The position numbers and the translations under genes are program-made. The notes under the pieces were generated by a model. The model saw only the letters and a list, made by a program, of their open reading frames with translations, had not been told where the DNA came from and did no database searches. Shown one piece after another: positions 30,353-40,940 of a stretch of DNA of 64,000 nt. Source of the DNA: Candidatus Latescibacterota bacterium (GTDB lineage Bacteria; Latescibacterota; CBDEFO01); NCBI GenBank assembly GCA_965248755.1, contig OZ252149.1:1472001-1536000 (forward strand), read 5' to 3'. Each line of letters opens with the position of its first letter. The first letter of the stretch is position 1.

Positions 30353-32939
30353 CGACAGCGGCTGATCTCACTTTCATCCTCTTTTTATCCTGCCTGTTTT
30401 GCCATTCCACCAATATGGGACTCGCTACGAACGAAGATGAATAAGTTCCTACGATGACGCCCACTGTCAGCGCAAAGGCAAAGCCTCGCGTCACCTGGCC
30501 CCCTAAGAACAGGAGCACTAAAACTACAGAAAGCGTGGTCAGCGATGTTATAAGAGTCCTGCTTAAAGATTCGTTGATTCCCCTGTTTACTATCTCGTCA
30601 TATCTTTCTCGCCGGTAGACCCCGAAGTCCTCTCTTATCCTGTCGAATATCACAATTGTATCGTTTAAGGAGTAACCCACAATTGCCAAAAGCGCCGCCA
30701 CAACTGCAAGCGATATCTCACCGCCGTAGATGGAAAATATCCCCAAAGTTATCAGAACATCGTGGAAGAGGGCTACTACAGCCGCAATCCCGAATCTAAT
30801 ATCCTTGAACCTGTACCATATATAGACTATAATCAAAGCAAGAGACAGAAATATAGCCTTCACAGCGTCTCTTCCTAATTCTCCACCTATCTTGGGACCG
30901 ACCTTCTCCTCTCTTCTGAGCCAGTCTATCTCATCTTGAATGCTCCCCCTAAAATCGGCTTTGAGCTTCGTCTTTATGGCCGCACCTACGTCCAGTTCCT
31001 CGCCGAAATCCTGGGTCCTTATCAGGACATCGTTTTCATTTCCGAATTCTTTGATCTCACTTTTGCCGAGATCCATACTCTGTCCGTTGACGCCCACGTT
31101 TCCTAAGGCATCTCTGACAGCTTGGACCGAGACAGGGGGGTCAAAATGCAGCTCCAGAAGGGTTCCGCCCGCAAAATCTATCCCCATATTAAGTCCACCG
31201 TGCAGACCCATGGAGATGATACCCACAGCCGCTACAACAACTGAAGTCAAAAATCCCAGACGCCTTCTCTTTATAAAGCCGAAGTTGCTGTCCCTGAATG
31301 CATCTGCACTGCCGATGCTCAGGCTTTTGACGTTCCTTATCCCTGTATAGTAATTGAATATGATCCTTGTGACAAAAAGGGCGGTGAACATGCTTGAAAC
31401 TATTCCGATGGACAGTGTCAATGCAAACCCTTTGATCGGTCCGGTTCCGAACTGTCCCAGCACTAAAGCGACCATAAGTGTTGTGACGTTGGAGTCTAAG
31501 ATGGCAGAAAAGGCCCTCGAATATCCGGTGTCTATCGCCGCTCTGACAGTCTTACCCGACCTGAGCTCTTCTCTTATCCTCTGGAAGATCAGCACGTTGG
31601 CGTCCACAGCCATGCCAACAGTCAGCACTATCCCCGCGATCCCTGGGAGAGTCAAAGTAGCGTGCAGTCCCGAAAGGACAGACAGTATGAATATTATATT
31701 CAGAGCCAGCGCAAAGTCCGCCACCAGACCGGCCAGTCTGTAGTATACGATCATAAATATCGCTACGATAATAAGACCTATGATAATGGCCGTTTTGCCC
31801 TTTTCTACAGAATCCTTTCCCAGTGAAGGCCCTATCGTCCGGTCCTCGATAGTGATCACATTTGCGGGGAGTGCACCGGCTCTAAGAACTATGACCAGAT
31901 CCCTTGCTTCCTCCAGCGTCGCGCTACCTGTGATTTCCCCACTTCCTGTTATCTTCGAATCGATCCTAGGTGCCGAATACGCTCTCCCATCCAATACGAT
32001 AGCCAATCTTTTGCCTACGTTTGCCCCTGTGACCCTGGAAAATATCGTCGTTCCTTCATCAGTCGTCCTGAACACCACAATGGGCTGTCCCTGATTCTCA
32101 AAGCTCCTCCCCGTAGATACGTTGGCATCCTCTATAATATCCCCTGTCGCCTCATAATTCGACCTGACATAATAGAGCGGATACACCGCGTTCGGGTCTG
32201 TACCTTCGGGCTTGCCAAGGACAAACTCACTGTCCTTGGGAATGACTTCCTTTACCCTGGGATTGTTCAAAATCAGTTTGACCTTGTTTATCCGCTTAAC
32301 CGGGACTGCTATATCGTCTCTTCGGAAGCCTACTAACAAGGACGTAAATGGATGAGCCTCCTTTGCTTCTTCCTCTTCGAACAGTCCCTCCTGTTCCACC
32401 TTGGCGGTATCGGCGGCAGCCGTTACCGCCGCTTCTGAAGTATCCTCCGCTGCAGTCCCTGCAAGGGCGGCATCTATCTTGTTCAGGATATTGCTCAGAT
32501 CCTCAGGCTCTCTTACAAGCTTGAACTCCAATCTTGCCGTCTGACCTATCAGCTTCTTGGCCCTTTCGATGTCCTGAACGCCCGGAAGCTCGATTACAAT
32601 CCTGTTTTCGCCCTCTTTGTGGATTACAGGCTCAGACACACCGAACTGATCTATTCTGTTCCTTATCACTTCAATCGCCCGATCCACCGCATCGCTCTTT
32701 GCATCCTCTGAAAGACCGGTAAAATCGACCTCCATGACCAGATGTATTCCCCCCTGAAGATCCAATCCCAACTTCATAGCTCTGCCCTTTAAGTCCTCAA
32801 ACCGGTCAGGATCTTGCATTTCCAACTCGATCAATTTGTCAGCCGGCATCGTATAGAAATTGAAAGTAGGATACAGATACCACAGAGCAATCACAATCAA
32901 TACGCCCACAAGTGCAAGCTGTAACTTATCTTTCCTCAT
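30339..32939 (-). CDS. secDF: Fused protein translocase subunit SecDF
   Basis: LGLDLQGG, GVSEP, IGPSLG, GMAVDANVLI, GIDFAGG, GYSLNDTIVIFDRIRE. Confidence 0.96.
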   Translation of the reverse strand: MRKDKLQLALVGVLIVIALWYLYPTFNFYTMPADKLIELEMQDPDRFEDLKGRAMKLGLDLQGGIHLVMEVDFTGLSEDAKSDAVDRAIEVIRNRIDQFGVSEPVIHKEGENRIVIELPGVQDIERAKKLIGQTARLEFKLVREPEDLSNILNKIDAALAGTAAEDTSEAAVTAAADTAKVEQEGLFEEEEAKEAHPFTSLLVGFRRDDIAVPVKRINKVKLILNNPRVKEVIPKDSEFVLGKPEGTDPNAVYPLYYVRSNYEATGDIIEDANVSTGRSFENQGQPIVVFRTTDEGTTIFSRVTGANVGKRLAIVLDGRAYSAPRIDSKITGSGEITGSATLEEARDLVIVLRAGALPANVITIEDRTIGPSLGKDSVEKGKTAIIIGLIIVAIFMIVYYRLAGLVADFALALNIIFILSVLSGLHATLTLPGIAGIVLTVGMAVDANVLIFQRIREELRSGKTVRAAIDTGYSRAFSAILDSNVTTLMVALVLGQFGTGPIKGFALTLSIGIVSSMFTALFVTRIIFNYYTGIRNVKSLSIGSADAFRDSNFGFIKRRRLGFLTSVVVAAVGIISMGLHGGLNMGIDFAGGTLLELHFDPPVSVQAVRDALGNVGVNGQSMDLGKSEIKEFGNENDVLIRTQDFGEELDVGAAIKTKLKADFRGSIQDEIDWLRREEKVGPKIGGELGRDAVKAIFLSLALIIVYIWYRFKDIRFGIAAVVALFHDVLITLGIFSIYGGEISLAVVAALLAIVGYSLNDTIVIFDRIREDFGVYRRERYDEIVNRGINESLSRTLITSLTTLSVVLVLLFLGGQVTRGFAFALTVGVIVGTYSSSFVASPILVEWQNRQDKKRMKVRSAAVARTR

Positions 32940-32990
32940 TTCCTGTCCTTAATATAGCAAACAAGTTAATAAACTTCTGCCTTCCGATTG

Positions 32991-34154
32991 TCAAAATAGA
33001 TCAGATATTAAAATATACATACTTGCAACGTTTTTGCAAGCCTTTTTTGTGATCTTTCTGTCGGGTAAAGGCACATGGTATCCACCCTTGATAAAGATAG
33101 AGAGGAGAGAGTCAAGAATCAAGACTGGGAAGTTAAAAAGTTGAGGGTCGAGGTTTTCTGTGGGTGTATGTTCGGTTGCTATGTGCAGAGGGGTTTGGGA
33201 TTCTTTGCAGCTATTATGTCTTTGGGTATTGAAGAACCACTGATAAGTCTGGAGTTTCCGGCAGAGGTTGGCACGGTTGATAGTCTTGATGGTGTCGTAG
33301 AATTCATATTCGATTAGGCCGTGGGCGCGTTCTACATCGGATTGGTATGTAGTAGCCCCTGGTGGGATGCGTTTATGTTCTATGCCTCTTTGTTGGATGA
33401 GGTCGGTAAAGAGGGTCTTTTTGAGGGCATCCTTTGTATTGACGAATTCGCTGCCGTTGTCGGTTTGGATCTTTCGTGGATAGACCTTGTGGTCTTCCAG
33501 GTGTTGGAGTAATGCTTCGGCGAAGATGCAGGAGTTGATCAGGCTCTGTTCGTCTGCCAGGCTTACGAAGAGACCGCCTGTCTTGATATCTCTGGCAGTA
33601 TACTCAAACATAGGGAGTTGGGCACCTGTTTTGTAGTGTTGTTTCAGGTAGTTGGGGATATCGCACAGATGTTTGACATCGATCTGGATATATTCAAAAG
33701 GGCGTAGTTTCTTTTTCCACTGGCAGACAAGTGCCTTTCTCTTCCATTTTCGCATGTGTTTCTTTATGAGATTGTGTTTTTTCCAGATAGCATAGGCAGT
33801 CTGTTTGGAGGGGATTTGATCAATTGGAACATTCTGTTTTTGCAGAAAGCCCAATAGATAGGGATATCCCAAAGAAGGATGGGTCTGTCTGAACTTTACA
33901 ATCAGCTTTCTGATCTCCTGCGGTAGCAAACAGTGAGGGTTTATGGGTGCTTTCGTATGATTTTCTAGATTCTTCAAGGATCGGTCTTCAAGATAACGTT
34001 TCAGCCATTTTCTTATGCTCTTGCGTGTTGTATTAAAAGCCCTTGCAGCATACGAGACACCGTATTGTTGAGCAGTCTGAACCATCTTGATACGAAGATC
34101 AACAGGATTACGATTAAGAACAAGAACATCACTATAAGTGATAGCATTCTCCAT
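32991..34154 (-). CDS. DDE (integrase-core) transposase, IS481-like
   Basis: N-terminal HTH; IQIDVK, IQTDNGSEF, DVERAHG; RBS AGGAGG before ATG 34154. Confidence 0.85.
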   Translation of the reverse strand: MENAITYSDVLVLNRNPVDLRIKMVQTAQQYGVSYAARAFNTTRKSIRKWLKRYLEDRSLKNLENHTKAPINPHCLLPQEIRKLIVKFRQTHPSLGYPYLLGFLQKQNVPIDQIPSKQTAYAIWKKHNLIKKHMRKWKRKALVCQWKKKLRPFEYIQIDVKHLCDIPNYLKQHYKTGAQLPMFEYTARDIKTGGLFVSLADEQSLINSCIFAEALLQHLEDHKVYPRKIQTDNGSEFVNTKDALKKTLFTDLIQQRGIEHKRIPPGATTYQSDVERAHGLIEYEFYDTIKTINRANLCRKLQTYQWFFNTQRHNSCKESQTPLHIATEHTPTENLDPQLFNFPVLILDSLLSIFIKGGYHVPLPDRKITKKACKNVASMYILISDLF

Positions 34155-34234
34155 GGTATCTACCCTCCTTTTTTCAGTCCTCACCTAAATATAGGCAAAA
34201 TTATCCCATAAGGGTGCATACCATGTGTCTTTAC
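33065..34234 (-). mobile_element. IS481-like insertion sequence
   Basis: 25-bp IRs with 2 mismatches, GTAAAG(G/A)CACATGGTAT(C/G)CACCCTT, at 33065-33089 and 34210-34234; no TSD visible. Confidence 0.8.
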
Positions 34235-34258
34235 TCTTCTTCAACTGGCATTTTTCTA

Positions 34259-34287
34259 TTGACATCCAGAAAAGGATTAATTATATT
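34259..34287 (+). promoter_or_regulatory. sigma70 promoter of the pyr operon
   Basis: TTGACA-17 nt-TATATT. Confidence 0.7.
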
Positions 34288-34380
34288 TGGTTGTAACAAG
34301 AAAACTTGGGCGTTCTGTCCAAAAGCATAATTTTTATCTACCGTCTACTCTAATACACATTGGGTGCGATGAAAAAGGCG

Positions 34381-34412
34381 ACTTTAATCTGGTCCAGAGA
34401 GGCCAGCAAGTG
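34381..34412 (+). ncRNA. PyrR-binding loop RNA (attenuator)
   Basis: CTTTAA-TCTGGTCCAGAGAGGCCAG matches the UUUAA + RUCCNGNGAGGY PyrR-site pattern, upstream of pyrR. Confidence 0.85.
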
Positions 34413-34432
34413 CCTGACTTGCTATCAGGAGC

Positions 34433-34474
34433 AAAAATGCCCTCTTGTCTTTTATGACATGAGGGCATTTTTGT
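34433..34474 (+). terminator. Attenuator terminator hairpin
   Basis: AAAAATGCCCTC...GAGGGCATTTTT followed by GT. Confidence 0.8.
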
Positions 34475-34545
34475 ATCCGGCTTAACAACTAAATAGGGCG
34501 CCTCAGCTCCCTGTATCTGTGTACTGTCCACTATTGAAGAGGTGA

Positions 34546-36110
<1,565 letters not shown>

Positions 36111-36123
36111 ACAGGAAACGTCA

Positions 36124-36149
36124 GTAGGGGTAAACCTGTGTGTTCTCCC
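36124..36149 (+). repeat. GTAG-type REP-like palindrome (family also at 37690-37715, 37831-37847, 39483-39505, 61691-61707, 61719-61741)
   Basis: GTAGGGG..CCC hairpins and reverse-complement CCCCTAC ends in intergenic spacers, e.g. GTAGGGGCAGACCCGTGTGTCTGCCC at 37690. Confidence 0.65.
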
Positions 36150-36193
36150 AGTAGATTGGTACATCCGTGCGGTCCTTGTGATCCCGATTGAAT

Positions 36194-36214
36194 CCCCGAT
36201 TGAGTCTATCGGGG
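36194..36214 (+). repeat. 21-nt hairpin micro-element, copy 2
   Basis: CCCCGATTGAGTCTATCGGGG flanked by AT, nested within CCCGATTGAAT...CGGGG. Confidence 0.85.
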
Positions 36215-36353
36215 ATCGGGGAAGCCCAGAGCCCTTAGCCCAGAGCGAAGCGAAGGGCCTGCGAAGTTCCAGTGAAGAGATCTTATGTTGCAGTTACAAC
36301 AGGATACAGCACTGCAGATAGGGGCAAAGGCAAGTAGATTCCTGGAGGCATAA

Positions 36354-37673
36354 GTGTCAAGTAGTTCAAAAGGATATAGAGGGATCCTGATCAAAGGTGG
36401 GAAAGTTTTAGATCCGGCCATTGGTCTGGAGAGCGAAAAGGATGTATTGATCGAGGACGGGACTATAAAGAAAATAGATAGAGACATCGCCGAAGAAGAC
36501 GGTCTGGAGGTCATAAGGGCAAAAGGTTTAGTCGTAACACCAGGGCTTATAGATATGCACGTTCATCTGAGGGAGCCGGGCAGGGAGGACGAAGAGACGA
36601 TAGCTTCGGGAACGGACGCTGCTGCGGCTGGAGGGTTTACGGCTGTAGCCTGCCTGCCGAACACAGAGCCGCCTATCGATAATGCCGGCATCGTGAGGTC
36701 TGTGATAGAAAGAGCGCAAGGAGCAAAAGCAAAGGTCTATCCCATAGCGGCGATAACCAAGGGACAGGCGGGCGCAGAGTTGACAGAGATGGGCGATCTT
36801 GTGGATGCCGGGGCTGTAGGGTTCTCAGACGACGGCCTCCCCGTGGAGGACGCCTCTGTGATGAGGAACGCACTGGAGTACTCCGGAATGTTCAACGTCC
36901 CGATCTTGACTCACTCGGAGATAAGATCTTTGACACAGGGCGGCCATATGAACGAGGGGCGCTGCTCGTCTATCTTGGGGATCAAGGGAATGCCAAGAGA
37001 AGCTGAAGAGTTGATGATCGCACGGGATATTTCTCTGGTCGAAAAGACAAAGGGCGGTGCGACCACTCCGTGCAGACTCCATGTCCTGCATGTCAGCACG
37101 AAGGGTTCTGTGGAGCTGATCAGAGAGGCGAAGAAGAGAGACCTGCCCGTAACATGCGAGGTGACACCCCATCATTTTACCCTCACCGAGGATGAGGTAA
37201 TGACGTTCAACACGAACTCCAAGATGAGCCCGCCTTTGAGGACAGCGGAGGATATTGAAGAGATTAGGTGCGGCCTGAGCGACGGCACAATTGACGCAAT
37301 CGCGACCGATCACGCCCCACATTCAAGGGAGGAGAAGGAGACCGAATTTGAGGAGGCTCCCTTCGGGATATTGGGACTTGAGACGGCCCTTGGATTGGTA
37401 ATCACACAGTTAGTGGAGCCTGAAATTCTGTCCTTGAGCGAGGCGATATATAAAATGACCGTTGTACCTGCCAGGATACTCGGAATTGAAGGAGGAGAAT
37501 TGAGGATAGGTGGAAAGGCCGACGTTGCGATTATGGATCCCAATTTGGAGTGGACTGTGGACGTGGAAAGCTTCAAGTCACTCTCAAAGAATAGCCCGTT
37601 TGACGGGATGAAATTGAAGGGGAGGGCAGTAGCAACTATCCTTGACGGGGAAATCGTGCACAGGATTCAGTAA
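36354..37673 (+). CDS. pyrC: Dihydroorotase
   Basis: DMHVHLREPG, PNT.P, HVST, EVTPHH, ATDHAPH. Confidence 0.96.
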   Translation: MSSSSKGYRGILIKGGKVLDPAIGLESEKDVLIEDGTIKKIDRDIAEEDGLEVIRAKGLVVTPGLIDMHVHLREPGREDEETIASGTDAAAAGGFTAVACLPNTEPPIDNAGIVRSVIERAQGAKAKVYPIAAITKGQAGAELTEMGDLVDAGAVGFSDDGLPVEDASVMRNALEYSGMFNVPILTHSEIRSLTQGGHMNEGRCSSILGIKGMPREAEELMIARDISLVEKTKGGATTPCRLHVLHVSTKGSVELIREAKKRDLPVTCEVTPHHFTLTEDEVMTFNTNSKMSPPLRTAEDIEEIRCGLSDGTIDAIATDHAPHSREEKETEFEEAPFGILGLETALGLVITQLVEPEILSLSEAIYKMTVVPARILGIEGGELRIGGKADVAIMDPNLEWTVDVESFKSLSKNSPFDGMKLKGRAVATILDGEIVHRIQ

Positions 37674-37877
37674 CAGTAGATAACGTACAGTAGGGGCAGA
37701 CCCGTGTGTCTGCCCTGGTTAGTGGGGTAATTCCTGGTTTCGTAGCGGCAAGATCAGCTCACCCCAAGGGCATTGAAACACTGTCCCCACATTAATTTTG
37801 CAGCGTAAGCTTGCTCATATAGTCCGAACAGGTGGCTTCACCCCTACAGATGTCTACCTAAAGGCGAAGAGAAAGAG

Positions 37878-39071
37878 ATGAACACTAAGCAGGCAAAGGC
37901 GATATTGGCGTTGGAAGATGGAACCGTATATGAGGGATATTCGTTCGGGGCAGTAGGCGAAAGCTCAGGTGAAATTGTGTTCAATACCAGCATGACAGGC
38001 TATCAGGAAATTTTGACCGATCCGTCCTACAAGGGACAGATTATCACAATGACCTATCCGCTTATTGGCAACTGCGGTGTGAATGAAGAGGATTTCGAGT
38101 CGTTGCGCCCTCATGTTGAGGGCTTCATCGTGCGCGAATGCTGCAAAGTCCCCAGCAGTTGGCGCTCCCAAAAGTCACTTCCAGAGTTCCTCAAAGAGTT
38201 CGACATCATCGGCGTCGAAGGTGTAGATACAAGAGAACTTACGCGCCGTATCCGCATACACGGAGTGATGAACGCAGTCATTTCGACACAGGACCTGGAT
38301 CCGAAGAGCATGATAAGAAAGGCGAAAACCTTCCCCGGCTTGGAAAAGATCGATCTGGTCAAAGAGGTCACATGCACAGAACCGTATGAGGTGGGTCCGG
38401 AAAATCCCCGCTTTCACGTTGTCGCCTTCGACTACGGCATCAAGAGGAATATACTGAGGAAGTTGGTGGAAAAGGATTGTCGAGTGAGCGTAGTTCCCGC
38501 CATCACCACTGCCGAAGGGGCTCTTGCATACGACCCCGATGGCATATTTCTCTCAAACGGACCGGGCGATCCGAGGTCCGTCTCCTACGCCGTAGAGACG
38601 TGCAGGGATCTTATCGGAACCAGACCGATCTTCGGCATCTGTCTTGGCCATGAGATATTGGGACTGGCTCTTGGAGCCAAGATCTTCAAGCTCAAGTTCG
38701 GACATCGCGGTGCAAACCAGCCCATCAAGGAGATGGACACAGGACGCATCCTGATCACCTCCGAAAACCACGGGTTCGGAATAGATGGCGGCACACTCCC
38801 CGATTCCGTGGAGGCGACCCGGATCAACCTGAACGACGGAGTGGTCGAGGGTCTGCGACACAAGGAGTTTCCGGTATTCTCCATACAGTGCCATCCAGAA
38901 GCGTCGCCTGGACCACACGACAGCTTTCACCTCTTTGAGAACTTCGTGCAGATAATGGAACAGTATAAAAATAAAGGAAAAAATAAAAATGATAGCGGGC
39001 GTAATAAAGACAAGGCTTTCAAGAATAGCCGACGACAGAGGCTTTCTAACCGAGATACTAAGATGCGATGA
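37878..39071 (+). CDS. carA: Carbamoyl-phosphate synthase small subunit (C-terminal read-through extension)
   Basis: GEIVFNTSMTGYQE, SNGPGDP, GICLGH, HPEASPGPHD. Confidence 0.95.
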   Translation: MNTKQAKAILALEDGTVYEGYSFGAVGESSGEIVFNTSMTGYQEILTDPSYKGQIITMTYPLIGNCGVNEEDFESLRPHVEGFIVRECCKVPSSWRSQKSLPEFLKEFDIIGVEGVDTRELTRRIRIHGVMNAVISTQDLDPKSMIRKAKTFPGLEKIDLVKEVTCTEPYEVGPENPRFHVVAFDYGIKRNILRKLVEKDCRVSVVPAITTAEGALAYDPDGIFLSNGPGDPRSVSYAVETCRDLIGTRPIFGICLGHEILGLALGAKIFKLKFGHRGANQPIKEMDTGRILITSENHGFGIDGGTLPDSVEATRINLNDGVVEGLRHKEFPVFSIQCHPEASPGPHDSFHLFENFVQIMEQYKNKGKNKNDSGRNKDKAFKNSRRQRLSNRDTKMR

Positions 39072-39438
39072 CCCTCACTTTGTCAAGTTTGGACAGGTCT
39101 ATGTCACGACAGGTAGAAAAGGGGTGATCAAGGCGTGGCACGCTCACAGACTTCAGACGGATAACTTCTACGTGATAAAGGGAACCGCCAAAATCGGGCT
39201 CCACGACGACAGAGAAGAAAGTCCCACAAAGGGAGAGTATATGCAGGTAGCTTTGGGAGAAGAGGGCGAGGATGCGCGTTTAACGATCCCTCCTTTCGTC
39301 TGGCACGGCTTTGTGTCCTTAAGCCAGATGTGCTACGTGCTCAACGTGGTCTCCGAGCCGTATAATAGAGAAAATCCTGACGAACTTAGAGTCCCGATAG
39401 AAGCCTTCGAGGACATCTGGACTATAAAGAGCAGGTAG
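38989..39438 (+). CDS. RmlC-like cupin (dTDP-4-dehydrorhamnose 3,5-epimerase family)
   Basis: DDRGFL.EILR, FGQVY, KAWHAH..QTD, IPPFVWHGF. Confidence 0.85.
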   Translation: MIAGVIKTRLSRIADDRGFLTEILRCDDPHFVKFGQVYVTTGRKGVIKAWHAHRLQTDNFYVIKGTAKIGLHDDREESPTKGEYMQVALGEEGEDARLTIPPFVWHGFVSLSQMCYVLNVVSEPYNRENPDELRVPIEAFEDIWTIKSR

Positions 39439-39582
39439 GCAAGTAGATAAAATACACGGCATCGCCTCTCCGCCTGATTATTGGGCGAGGGAACCTCGCC
39501 CGTACCTTCTGTCTAATGTCTGCCAGATTGCTTGCTTTCCCCGAAAAAGTTCTCGGATATCCCCGTTAAGAGGAAGATAGCC

Positions 39583-39824
39583 ATCTGAACCAGATACATA
39601 AGGCCACCAATGCAGAATACCTATTACAAGATTCTACGAGATGAAGGCAAGTACTGCCCCCGATTGAACCTATCGGGGGGGAAATCCCAGAATGTAAAGG
39701 TGTCTGCGCCACTGCCGACGGTCTCGAAAGTTGTAGAGTGGAACTCGACGAAGTGCTCGAAGATTGGATTCTATTTCGAGTGTATAGAAATCTATCCCTA
39801 CCTTTAATTGCTGGCAACAGATGA
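39583..39824 (+). pseudogene. hicB: HicB-family antitoxin pseudogene frameshifted by a hairpin micro-element
   Basis: TRYIRPPMQNTYYKILRDEGKYC | insert | GEIPECKGVCATADGLESCRVELDEVLEDWILFRVYRNLSLP; 5' end also damaged. Confidence 0.8.
39658..39678 (+). repeat. 21-nt hairpin micro-element, copy 3
   Basis: CCCCGATTGAACCTATCGGGG inside hicB at TGC|GGG. Confidence 0.85.
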
Positions 39825-39927
39825 AAGTACAGTTATTAAGTTTAGTATCCACTGCTTCCTCCTTCGTTCGATTTACCTACTCATAATCTTATTGTTTAAT
39901 AGAATAAGCTAATTTTAGGAGCAAGAG

Positions 39928-40857
39928 ATGTCTGAACAGAATTTAAGAGGAGTATTTGCCATCCCTGTAACTCCTTTCAAAGAAGATGGTCAACTCGATA
40001 TTGAATCTTTGGATAGATGTGTGGATTTTTGCCTTGAACATGGATCGCATGGAATTGTCATGCCGGTAAATGCAAGTGAAATTTCGACATTGACTGACCG
40101 GGAATGGGAGAGAGTTATTAGTGCAGGAATCTCGAGAGTTGACAGCAGAGTTCCATTTGTTGCCGGTATAAGTGGAAATTCGTTAGAGCATTCTGTTGAG
40201 AGGGCGAAAAAAGCTCAGGATTTTGGTGCTGGATCTTTGATGGCTATGCCTCCTGGAACAGAAGCGAACAGGGATAATATTAAGCAATTTTACGAAAAAG
40301 TAGCTGATTCAGTTCAGATACCAATATGGATTCAAAATAATAAGCCCCCTAAAATGGTTTCAATACCGACAGATGTGTCTATTGATCTATTAAGAAATGT
40401 TCCTAATATAAAGTATTTAAAGGAGGAAAGTGATTATCCCGGTCATGTAATGAGTAAAGTATTAGAAGAAGCAGGGGAATTCTGTAAATCCATAATGGGA
40501 GGTTTGGGAGGAAGATTTCTCTTGGATGAATTTAGAAGAGGGTCTGCTGGAACGATGCCGGCAGGGCATTACACTGACCTTCAAGTGAAAATATGGAAGG
40601 CCCTAGAAAAAGGCAAGAGAAACGATGATGGTACAAGAGAAATCACAAGAGAAGCCAGAGGCTTATGGGAGAAACTATTACCATCGTTAAACTTTGAGTT
40701 TATGTTTGGTGTAACCGCGTACAAATTAATTTTATGGAAAAGAGGCGTAATATCATCTCCTGCGACCCGTATTCCTACTCGAAGACCTTTTGACGACAAA
40801 GATATGCTTGAACTTGATGAGATCATGAAGAATATGCAAGATGTATTGGATTCTTAG
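39928..40857 (+). CDS. Dihydrodipicolinate synthase family aldolase/dehydratase (not canonical DapA)
   Basis: GVFAIPVTPF, Schiff-base K in YLKEES; GTTGE replaced by PVNASE. Confidence 0.85.
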   Translation: MSEQNLRGVFAIPVTPFKEDGQLDIESLDRCVDFCLEHGSHGIVMPVNASEISTLTDREWERVISAGISRVDSRVPFVAGISGNSLEHSVERAKKAQDFGAGSLMAMPPGTEANRDNIKQFYEKVADSVQIPIWIQNNKPPKMVSIPTDVSIDLLRNVPNIKYLKEESDYPGHVMSKVLEEAGEFCKSIMGGLGGRFLLDEFRRGSAGTMPAGHYTDLQVKIWKALEKGKRNDDGTREITREARGLWEKLLPSLNFEFMFGVTAYKLILWKRGVISSPATRIPTRRPFDDKDMLELDEIMKNMQDVLDS

Positions 40858-40940
40858 CGACACTTAATAGTGTTTTTTCACTTCTTTTACATATGCTAAG
40901 GAATAAGATACACTTAGGAAGCAGAGTAATGCCCCTTTAG

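Noticed and set aside
39928..40857. Calling this gene dapA
   Set aside because: It lacks GTTGE and the catalytic Tyr motif.
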